From Pecten maximus (lineage: Eukaryota): a stretch of DNA of 64,000 nucleotides. This document shows, in pieces, positions 38,601 through 48,963 of this stretch. The first letter of the stretch is position 1, and every line of letters starts with the position of its first letter. The stretch lies in the NCBI RefSeq assembly GCF_902652985.1, contig NC_047021.1, positions 42,718,001 to 42,782,000 on the forward strand. Direction: 5' to 3'. The notes beneath the pieces are model-generated. The model saw only the letters and a list, made by a program, of their open reading frames with translations. It ran no database searches and was not told the DNA's origin. The translations under genes and the position numbers were made by a program.

Positions 38601-39918
38601 TTTATTTTCTCATAAATATGAGTTGCGTGATAAATAGAATCTTACACTTGTGTCAATGTAATATGGAGTTGATTATATTTAAACTCGCCTAAAGGCTCAT
38701 GATATATCAAATTATAGAACTTGTTCAATCAATTTCATAATACATTATAATGCCACTCATTTAAGATCCTTTATTTATACAACTTACAGTTATTAACAAA
38801 CAGGTTAAATTGAAATATGATACAGAGGATCTAGGACGAGTGTTCATGTAATATTGAATTTAACCTTTACACAATAGTTACAAATGAAGACAGTCACTGG
38901 ACCGATAATATAAGTATTTTACCTGAATTTTTGGGGATCATCCTTATATGTGCACCATTTGACAGTAGAACAACCAGTGTGTTCACCAAAGATATGTGGA
39001 ACGATCCTCTTTAGTGAAAGTTCCAGTTCTGCTTCTGTGTTGCTTCCCGTCATTGCATACATGAAGCATCTCATGATGTATGGTATGACTTCAGCATGTT
39101 TGAGTTCCTTGTGTCTTAAAGGAAAAGTAGCTACATGTATACAGAGCATTATCATTTGTTTACTAATAAAAACAATAAACATTGGGGGACACCCTTTTGT
39201 TTGTGATAAATCTTACATTATCTTTACTTTTTGTCTTCTAATAGCCTCTATGTTACATAACTAAAACAAAATGCTTCGTGGATATGGACAGCACATGATG
39301 TAATTTTTCCATGAATGCATAAATATTTATTAATTACCCCTCCTCCCATTTTATTGAGTGGCATACTATAATTATCATAGTTAAAACTTACTTCTTGGAT
39401 AGCTCATATAGGGACTTTGATATCCCTTTTTTGACATGATTTTGGTCATCTTTTTTCTCTAATTTTGGGAAGTCCAAAAGCATTTTTGCAGTTGTTGTGG
39501 AGTCGTTATCTGCATGAAACACATCAAGCTGGAATCCTTGATCGGAGAGTCTGTATAAAGCAACAATAGTCATACAATTGGATAATTGTACTCAGCAACG
39601 TAATTTATATATGCTCCATATATGATGTAACAGGAGAAGGAATTGTAAAGCAATGGGACCAGGAGGACAGAAATTGAACTCAGAAACTCCAAACTCCGTA
39701 GTACATAGACGGATGCTCTATACCCAGTTGAGCTACCTGGTCACCGGCCCTGTCCCGCTACATATAAGATACATTATTGTCATTAATAACTGTTCAGTAT
39801 TATTAAGAACATTGTTAATGTTTTACATAGGTAAAATATATATAATATATGACTATGATATTACTATTACATATATAATATATGTAGGATAGAAATATCC
39901 TGTTATGTACCATGCCCC

Positions 39919-39949
<31 letters not shown>

Positions 39950-42900
39950 ACACACACACACCTCCCATTTCCGCTCCATGCAATGTAGCCTTGGGGGCTA
40001 AATTAACACTAAAACTTTCTCAAAGTATGGGGTGGACTTTATATTGTAGATAAATACGGTATTCAAAATATTCACCTGTGAGCCATGCTCACAGCCATAT
40101 CTGGCTCCATGGCTTTGCTGCTCCCCTCCCAGTTGCGTGGGCATACATGACTTGGAACTGTTTCTTTTTTGTCTTTGTGAATGTCACAAATTCTGCAGGA
40201 TTTGCTTCTGACGTCGTAGGCAATAACTTTACCTGTGGTCTTCCCGATCATAGCTGCATGTCCTAAAATCAAAACCATATATATCAGAACTCTGAAGTCT
40301 AAAACAGTTATGAAAAAGCCAGACATTTGGCTATTAAATTTAAGATCAGGTTTGTTAAATCTAAAGCAGAATCATGAAGTTATATATACCCCATGTTAAC
40401 CTTGTCCTTAATTTTTTTAACATATTTGACTCAGGTCGGTACACAGCACGACTGTAGATTTAAACAAGATTAATCGAGCCTTGAAAAAGCCCAAGGGCCT
40501 TAACGGTCATCTGAATACATATTACATGGAGTACATCATACTATAAAACACCCAATATGGCTGTAATGTGAAGGTTTTCTTTTCGGCCTGAAGAATAACA
40601 ACACTTTATGGAGAACAAGTTTAAAATGTGTTTTTCAAAATGGCGACTGTGGTGGCCATCTTGGATTTCAGACCGACCCAAAAAATAACAGCACTTGGTC
40701 AGGACCATCTCAGGATCATTTGAGGCTTTGAAGTTTCAGCTCAATCCCACTGGTGGAACTTGAGAAGTTTAACATATGAAAAGTTTATGTGTGGCCCATG
40801 ACGATGGACGAAGCAATGACTATAGGTCATCCTCTTGGTCATTGATAAGATTTTTAACAAATTTTACCCAAGTGACCTTGAAAATGGGTCAAGGTCATTC
40901 ATTTGAACAGACTTACTAGGTTTAATTTCAGCATTATATTAATGCCATGTGACCCTAAGCATACGGCTCATGGTTATTTAAAAGAATTTTTTTTTCATCC
41001 AGGGCAGATTGACCCCAGATAAAATTGCTTGCCTTTTTATATGCATACTTGTCTAAAATGATTGTATTATACATTACCTGTGTTACTGTTATAGTTGAAA
41101 CCAGTTCCTCTTTTCTGCCACCCACCATCAAAACTGGCTTGTAACTATAAAAAAAAATAATATTGCATACATGTTAATACTGTTAATTATATAGTAAAAT
41201 AATTCATTATTATTACCTGGCATATATTCACCAGTATATGGTATTTTCACTATATAACCTTACCAAAACTAGTTGCTGATTAACACCTCACAAAGTTCGG
41301 CCAAGGAATGGCAATTGTTGACATTATCATCATATGACGTATGTTGAATACCACAGACCGTCTCTTGAAAATGGCTGTTCTAATCAGTAAACAGGTACAC
41401 GTGATATCATACATGCACTTATTTGAAGTAAATGCTGAATTTTGTTAAAAAAAAATTCTACAAGACTGAAACATTCAAAATGGTTAATATTATGTATTGA
41501 ACTATAACAACTGAAAGTATAGTTCAATGCTTTACATAATGAAATGGAATTTTAATAATATAATTTTTTAAATTACTGTTTATGTTAATTGCTGAAAATT
41601 TGGTTACAAATGTACATTTTGAACTTACCATTTGTGACATATATGACAAAATATGTAATGCAAAAGGAGATAAAGAAAACATGTCCAATAAAATTACCTT
41701 TTCTGAACTCAATTCTTTTTCTTCAGTTTGAGCATCTCTGCATGATGTTGATGCAGCTTCCACCAAAGTCTTTCCAATCAGTGACTCTTTTCTTTTAAGA
41801 GTGGATGTAGCAATGGGGGGTATGTTGCACTCCACAAGAAAATTGTTAACCTGTGATGGGCCAATTCCAGCATGAACCATACCTAAAATCAATTAATCAT
41901 TTATATTTTTTTTTCAATTTTAAACATTATATCTTTAAAATGAAATTCAACAATTTAATAAAAAAAAATCATACATATAAAAGTTAATACTGTATGTAAG
42001 AAGCATTTCTATTGGCTTAAAAATTCATGTTATCATAAATAATATCATAATGTAAAAATTGAAATTGCCTGCATGTTTTCTTCTCGAGCTTCATGCTGCT
42101 TGCTATAGGCCTACCATCTAAATGTGTTATACCTTCCTCGTACCTCCTCCAAAACGGCGTACGTAGGACTTCACAAAATATTTTAAATAACTTGTCTGCA
42201 TTGGACATCGAATTCCGAGAATCATTTTCAACAATATTATTGTAACCTCGTCTATGCCTATCTGTTCTTGCATGTCATGCTCATTAAATCATTTTCCTGT
42301 TTTCAATGTGCGCATGGCTGGCCTATACATTTTCAAAATGTATAGAGTATGCGTGGTTCACGCTTTATTCTGAGTGATGCCCATGGCTATACATGTATGA
42401 TAAAATGATTCATGAAGGACTGAGGTTAGTCTTGTAAGTTGTATAATTAGTCAATCTGTGGCTAACCTCTACACAGATTGAGAAACTGTACCTGCATGTG
42501 CATGCATTTATGACTTAACAATGATTCACAATGTCCCTTCATCAATAATAACATCAGCTATAAACTCAGTGAGCTGCTATACATGTATACACAACTTAAA
42601 GTTATAAACTGTTATTCAGTGTTAGGCAGTTATAACCTTATTCAACAATAAATTTGTGTAATTTTTGTTGTTATTGACTAGACTACATATATCTAATAAA
42701 ATACATACCTATAGCAGCCTTGGAATTTACATCAAACGCCCCTGATGATCCCCGTTTTCCAGTGTCCACTTGGCATACAGCATCACACACCGCGTTGGTG
42801 CACTGAATATGGAGCGTGCTTCCAAGTCCAAGTCTGCGCTCCCACAGTGTGTTGGAGAGATGGAGGGGCGAATTGCATACATCGCAAAACATGTTTTGAG

Positions 42901-43180
42901 CCAGCAGCTCTAACTCAACAACCCGCCTACCAATCTTCCACGTTGGGTCAATATTATCATTAGGCCCAATTTCGTACTCCGCACCTATGTCGAGATTGTC
43001 TGCAACAATATTAATTGGGGCCTCATTCACTAAAACGTAGGAGTGATCCTCTGTTAAATCAAGTCGGGAAGTGTCAACTTTAAAATGCGCCCCCCTTTTA
43101 GATCTTCGGGAAGTCTTACCCGCATGGCCAACAGCAAACAGACCTCTATCACTCCGGGAAGGACCCCGGGAAGAATCCAT
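35620..43180 (-). CDS. Mutator-like DDE transposase fused to a C-terminal DEDDh 3'-5' exonuclease (9 exons, 860 aa)
   Basis: Exons 42709-43180, 41698-41882, 41078-41144, 40076-40262, 39392-39550, 38923-39114, 38066-38236, 37453-37537, 35620-36684 (2583 nt, all GT-AG, phases consistent). Motifs: CxxC...CxxxxC, SFDGGWQKRG, CRIC...HxC...GSSKAME, HADNDS, DDQNH, STQANESFN; exonuclease FFDLETT / GHNAASFD / AHNAVFDV. Confidence 0.88.
39655..39750 (-). repeat. Degenerate tRNA-like SINE head inside a transposase intron
   Basis: Minus strand GGTAGCTCAACTGGGTATAGAGCA (A-box-like) and GAGTTCAAT (B-box-like); no clean cloverleaf. Confidence 0.45.
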
Positions 43181-43346
43181 GTTGTCGTCTGCGTCTGACA
43201 GCTGTGTGTTATTGTCTGCGTTATAAATACGCTTGACATCGAAGCGTATTTAAGCGTTTAGATGACCCCAGAAAAGAAATAATTTAGAGGTGTTCCGAAT
43301 GTAAAGAGTTATCGTTCCTGATACTCGGATACTAGCTACAACGTCC

Positions 43347-43521
43347 TTAAGGACGTGCCAGGTTTTGGAGGTGGAGGAAAGCCGGAGTACCCGGAGAAAA
43401 ACCACCGGCCTACGGTCAGTACCTGGCAACTGCCCCACGTAGGTTTCGAACTCGCAACCCAGAGGTGGAGGGCTAGTGATAAAGTGTCGGGACACCTTAA
43501 CCACTCGGCCACCGCGGCCCC
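43347..43521 (-). mobile_element. tRNA-derived SINE, head and body (other half of the split copy)
   Basis: Minus strand GGGGCCGCGGTGGCCGAGTGGTTAAG (A box) and GAGTTCGAAAC (B box). The whole SINE is bracketed by ACCCAAGGATA at 33838-33848 and 43527-43537. Confidence 0.88.
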
Positions 43522-43526
43522 AACCC

Positions 43527-44000
43527 ACCCAAGGATAGATTGATAAAATCAAATCAATTTACTTGTTACCGGTGTAGATTTATTTGTGTTTGGGACAATG
43601 AGATTGTAGGATAGGTATACTTGTGCTTATTAACTTTTGCGAATATGAGGGCAGTTCATCCTGAATTAAGTGATGATTTGTCAGAGGAAAATTTCATTCT
43701 TGCATCTCGCCGCTTATCGAACAGGAGGCATCTACCATGATATCGGACAATGGTGCTACCTTTATTGCTGCTTCTAGAGAAAAACAACGCCTATCAAATT
43801 AATTACTTTGCAAGAACTCGGTCACTTAAAAACCGACTCAAAAGCTGATTGATTGATTGATTGATTGATTGATGGGGCTTAACGTCCTTGTTCCGGTTAT
43901 AACCGAGCCTAGGATACGGCTGGTGAGAGCGGTTAGTCGACAGGTCTAAAACCTGTCTAAAGAAAACACTTTGACGAGCATTTCTGAGTAAAACAACACT
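43527..44000 (+). pseudogene. Decayed BEL/Pao integrase, right part
   Basis: Resumes at PKDR; TGVD at ~43568 and ISDNGATFIAASRE at ~43742 (integrase core). Confidence 0.65.
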
Positions 44001-44214
44001 TTAATCGATTTCTATTTCATCTCTTAGAGACTGGTTAATTAATAAAAAAAACTGTAGTGCTACCTTAGAGACTGGTTAAATCATTTTACTGTGTGTAAAT
44101 TTACACATTCATTGATATGCAACTTTATACTAATTAATTCATAACAATTATCAATTAACGAAATTGCATGTACGCCAAATAGAGTATATCGTTACGTCAT
44201 ATTATTCATGACGC

Positions 44215-44925
44215 CGTGCTTGAATACAGTTGAAGGAAATGAAAAAGCCGTATCTTATTCCTCTACATTGGGTTTCATGACTTGTCCGCGATATATCCTC
44301 TAGATGAGTTAGGACAATGTACTGGAGGACTCCTTGTCCTTTCATCCTATTCTTTCCTTTATTTCCTTTCTGCTGATTACCTACCCTCTCATGGGCCCAA
44401 CCAGAATATCTAAGTCTTCATAGCGATACGGATGTGATTCTGCTTTCGTATTTTGTTGTTCTTTGGCAATTAAATCGCACTAATACAGCGAAGTTCGTAC
44501 GATTTCCAACTTCTGATGTAAAGGGTGGCGAGACTGGAAGCTGAGAGATATTGTTCTATGTGTGTCTTTTTAACGGGAGACCAATACTTTGACAGCGGCA
44601 TCCTCTTTCTACCACATAGCAAGAAGGACAATTCCTCTTGAGATCCCGTTTGACATATTCTTATATGTAATCAACATATCGTTTCCACAAGCTGCATTAC
44701 ACAGGGGCAGCGGCTATGACTTCATTCTCTAAATGAAACACACTGGGTTTATCGAAGTGCTTCTGATAGATAGTATGGTTTGGTGGTGTTGTGGTGTTTT
44801 CTCAACTAGAGGTCCTAGAATATCAGTCAGAATGCCGGAGATATTGCAACAAAAGCAACACGTAAAGTCCAAAATAGGCCACAGTGGATTCCTCTGTTTA
44901 TGGATATTGGTTGTGAAGTACATTC
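44215..44925 (-). pseudogene. Penelope-like retroelement reverse transcriptase relic
   Basis: YFTTNIHKQRNPLWPILDF...DILGPLVEKT resembles PLE RT (LPKIHKxxxPLRPIV..LxPLV); downstream SFQSRHPLHQKL at ~44508-44545. Confidence 0.65.
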
Positions 44926-46288
44926 TATGAATATTCTCTACAGCAGGGCATAGGTGTCAGTAATGTGATTCTGTGATCTGACTTTTTTTTCAACTTAGAC
45001 AGGATGACTGAGACACGTTTTTTTTTTTTTTTTTTTAAATATGTTGGGCAAGTAAATTTGTCATGTTTTGTAATATTGGAGCATGACCACGACTTTGCCC
45101 TAATAATCGTCGGGGTCCATGACGACTGTCGCATTTCCCTTGTTTGCTGGTAAACAGTAGTAAATTTGTCGGCACTCAACGTTTTAAGTGAAGGAGGTTC
45201 TTGTACATGTATATTATAACTGGTTTGTAATTTACATTATTTCAAAATCCCGTGACATGGATCTCAGTTCATCTGCCTCAGTACTGTTCTATTCAGATCA
45301 TCAGTGACATCACGTGGTCTATACCATAAGTTTTGTGATATCTGGTATTTATTTGTATGCCTTGTAAGATTACATATGTAGGATGTTTGTTAGATATCTA
45401 GGGACTGACACAGCGACAAACATAGAAAATGGCGGCGTCAACGGACTCAACACGTGCTTTTTATTACCCATGATTCAATTCGATCTTACCTGCGTCATAC
45501 TAATAACTGACTCAGCTATGGACATTCTAGGAACGACAAATAGTAACAAGATCTACACTTACTGATTTAAAGCCATACATATGCAAATACATTACAATGT
45601 TTACTTTTACTGTCTTATTGCACGTGAGGTACACACAACTGCCTTCACTTTACCAAGATTAATGCTGCTTTTAAGAATTCTTGCATAACCATTGTTCTAT
45701 TTGATAAATTATATCTTCTATCTAGGTATTGGTAGGGCGCATGTTGTACCTCTCCTCTCTACTCTTGTATATACATGTAATTCTTATACTTTAAATTATA
45801 TACATTTATGTGAGGATCCAGTGTTATCTGGATTATACTGTTTATATTACTTCTTTGACCCATATATATACATCATATATAGTATTCCCTCGTTATACCG
45901 CCACCTTTTGTCCACGGCTATTTCAGTGGTATAACGAGGGTGGCGGTAGTATCGAAAATACAACAAAAAGGTAATATTCTATATCCTTAATTTATTTGGG
46001 TAGAATACATAGAAAAATCACAAATCGAGCCGCAGTTCGTCTTTTTACAGACGTTTTTTCCCTCGGAGCTTCCATCGTGAATGGCGATGCCAAACATTGA
46101 CACACATATATATACATCACAAACACAATATGAGTAGAAATCGCCTATTGTTTTAATACAACATCCTGTACCTATTTATGAATATAGTGTGGAATTTCAT
46201 TTCTGTGGATTTGATTAGCGGTAGGCGAGAGTCACGGTATTATCGGGTGGCGATATAGGTCGATTTAGCAATTATAGGCCTTTCCGCG

Positions 46289-47860
46289 TTAATCTTCCCA
46301 TTTTTCAGCCAGCTGGTGACAATTTCCCAAAACGGCCATGTAATACCCTGTCCCATGTCCGATCCAGAAGGTGCCGTCCTCGTGGAGGCTGATGCAACAT
46401 GGTACGTGAACATAAGATTCATAAATAGTCTTCATACAGCGACCAGTACTCCCGTCAATCAGTCGCACTGACTTGGTGACAGTTTCTGTTATAAGAACAT
46501 CGCCAGAGCTATCAAAACAAACATCGTGCGGGTAAGACTTTGGCTGATTGGCAGTTCCTTTTGATTCAGTTGTACCAAAGTCTTTAACGATGAACTTCCG
46601 GTTCAGGTACTTATCCATCACGATGACGTGTGGCTGTATGTCTGATTCCTCCATACCAATGTACTCATCATACGATAGACCCTCGCTGTCAACAGCAGCT
46701 ACATCCCCGGTCTGCTTACAGGACGCCAGGTGATGAGGCCACACTGCCATCTGTCGACATGGGCTTCCTGCTCCATCTGACACCGCCCGGCCGTCTGTAG
46801 TGTATATTTGAATTTCTCCCTCCATCCCTACTATCGCCATGTCGTCACTAGTGATACACAAAGAAGCTGGTGTGTGGTGAACAGTAAAGCGAGTAACTAT
46901 GGCACCACCCGTTGTGATTTCCCGGATACTTTGGTCCTCACAGACACACAGCCACCCTCTGCCTGTAGTCGGGGATACAGAGATCGCTTGGACATCTAAC
47001 TCACACTTTATCTTCTCCTTCACATTACCGTTTAAATCCAATCGATACACGTATTCGTCTCCCCAGTGCGAAAACCATGCCGTGTCACTTGTAGGACATG
47101 TGCGGCATACACCGAAAAGAAACGACGTCTTAAAATCGGACAGAAGCACAGGAAACGGAATAGGTTTGTACGACTGGACTTCTCCGTCGACAAGTACCTT
47201 ACCAAGCATGCGTTCCAGTAGTTCGCTGGAGACGGTCCCTGGTTTGAACTCCGCTGTCTGCAAACGCCCAGGAGAGGTTGGATCAATTGAAGTATTTTCC
47301 ATTTCCCGTCCTAATGTAGTGACGTCAACAGTTGTATCGGTTGTCAGTTCCTGCTCGTGTCTGTCCAGTCTTGGCTTTAGGTCCTCTCTAAGATGTTTGG
47401 TTAAGTCTGCAGTTTCGTTTTTATCAGAAATATCTCTATTGATTTTCTCTGACTCGGTACACATTTTCACTAGCAAGGCAATGGCACTATCTATGTCATA
47501 CTTCATCTGTTTTCCCTGACGTTTAATATCACTGATGACTTTCTGATATCGTCCACCGTTTGTCTCATCTACACGAACATCTTTTAATTCCTCGATTTTT
47601 GAAGTATCTGTTTTGGAAAGCTCGTGAACATACTGCTGTATTTCCCGTTTCTGGTCCGCCACGTGATCAGTCAGTTTACCTAGTGTGTGACCGTTATGAC
47701 TGTCTGTTACACAGTCCACACAAATTAACTGGTTCACGCACGATTTACACACGTAAACAAAGCCCATCCCTGGATGTCGGGTACATCCAGGTACTGGGGA
47801 CTGAATCCGGACCGCCATATATGTCGCTAAGCGCCTACTATACTTCCGGGAATACGGCAC
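46289..47860 (-). CDS. Intronless TRIM-like protein: B-box, coiled coil and NHL-like beta-propeller (no RING)
   Basis: CTRH...CKSC...ICVDCVTDSHNGH B-box, helical region, and propeller repeats (PASLCIT, PHHLAS, PHDVCFDSSGDVLI, PCCISLHEDGTFWIG). The start may be the second Met (MAVRIQ). Confidence 0.85.
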   Translation of the reverse strand: MPYSRKYSRRLATYMAVRIQSPVPGCTRHPGMGFVYVCKSCVNQLICVDCVTDSHNGHTLGKLTDHVADQKREIQQYVHELSKTDTSKIEELKDVRVDETNGGRYQKVISDIKRQGKQMKYDIDSAIALLVKMCTESEKINRDISDKNETADLTKHLREDLKPRLDRHEQELTTDTTVDVTTLGREMENTSIDPTSPGRLQTAEFKPGTVSSELLERMLGKVLVDGEVQSYKPIPFPVLLSDFKTSFLFGVCRTCPTSDTAWFSHWGDEYVYRLDLNGNVKEKIKCELDVQAISVSPTTGRGWLCVCEDQSIREITTGGAIVTRFTVHHTPASLCITSDDMAIVGMEGEIQIYTTDGRAVSDGAGSPCRQMAVWPHHLASCKQTGDVAAVDSEGLSYDEYIGMEESDIQPHVIVMDKYLNRKFIVKDFGTTESKGTANQPKSYPHDVCFDSSGDVLITETVTKSVRLIDGSTGRCMKTIYESYVHVPCCISLHEDGTFWIGHGTGYYMAVLGNCHQLAEKWED

Positions 47861-48788
47861 ATATTATGTTCTATTTTTAGCTACATATTATATGCGGGTA
47901 TTCTAACCGAAACTACTTTCAAGTTATCTCCCTAAGCCTAATAGTTCGAAATTTTGGTAATAGGTGGCGCCGACGTCGGTGCCCATTGACTCCGTGACTT
48001 CTCATCGTCACGAAATTTTGGATATCATTGTCAGACAGTCATTGTTTACATTAACGATATCTTTTGAAATGTGAATGGAATTAGTTCCAATTTTACATTT
48101 TTTGAAAAGATACATACACCACGTTACTGTTTAAGCCTGTCAAACCGCTTATTTCTCACACGAGACTGTAAAATAAAACGAGTTTAAATATATGTCATAG
48201 GCCTATTTGCGAGTGACCCGATGTGACATATAGCGAATGTTTACCAGTGCAAATTATGGAAGTGAAATGTCAGCCAATGGACTATTTCAAGAGTGGTCTG
48301 TTGGTAAAATTCTCCGTGTTAGGTGTCGATGAAGTCAAAAGACTTGTGTAAAATCACGGACAATTCTAGAATAGAAGATATTTTTCTGAAGAAGTCGTCC
48401 TAGTAATAGGTGCTTAGCACATTTATACATTATAAGTCTACGAATATATGGTATTTGGTATTACCAGAGACGTAAGTATACGATATACAAGTCTATGGTA
48501 TTACTGAAGACATTAATGGTATATCCTTTCCGGTAAAATACAGATCCAGAATTTCCAGGGGTTTGTTACAAATGATATCATTTACAAGATGGATCATATG
48601 ATATTTATCTGCATCATAGTGAATCCCTGTGGGTCCATCTCAGAAAGTTAATGAAATATTGGCGGGAAGCCAGGTTCGAGAACTCCCTCAAGAGGTCGCT
48701 GGTCGGCCGAATTTTGCGACGGCGTCTGTCACACCTTTCTCATCGTTCGAGTAATTAATTAATTTGTCAGGCATATGTCACGGGCATC

Positions 48789-48963
48789 TACGGAAGCCAG
48801 TTAGGGTCATTACGACATAGCTAAGTCGTTATTACGAGATACTAAGTCGTTATTACGACATAGCTAAGTCGTTATTACGAGATACTATGTCGTTATTACG
48901 AGATACTATGTCGTTATTACGACATAATATATTTTTTCGCTGTGACCCTAACTGGCTTCCGTA
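48789..48963. mobile_element. MITE with TAYGG..CCRTA ends, 6-bp TSD and an internal 21-bp array (IS3EU-like)
   Basis: TIR TACGGAAGCCAGTTAGGGTCA; GGCATC duplicated at 48783-48788 and 48964-48969. Confidence 0.85.

Larger units (their letters stand above)
33897..43346 (-). mobile_element. Autonomous-looking 9,450-bp DNA transposon with TTAA TSD and imperfect 16-bp TIRs (Kolobok-like)
   Basis: TTAA at 33893-33896 and 43347-43350. Ends GGGGGTTGGAGCTAGT and (reverse complement) GGACGTTGTAGCTAGT match at 13/16. Removing the element restores an intact SINE. Confidence 0.88.

Noticed and set aside
39655-39750. Functional tRNA gene
   Set aside because: No consistent acceptor or anticodon stems; treated as a SINE head relic.
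33897-43346. piggyBac or true Mutator classification
   Set aside because: Termini are GG..CC rather than CC..GG and the protein lacks piggyBac motifs; the TSD is 4-bp TTAA rather than 9-11 bp.
46899-47519. 206-aa + strand ORF
   Set aside because: Antisense shadow of the B-box gene.
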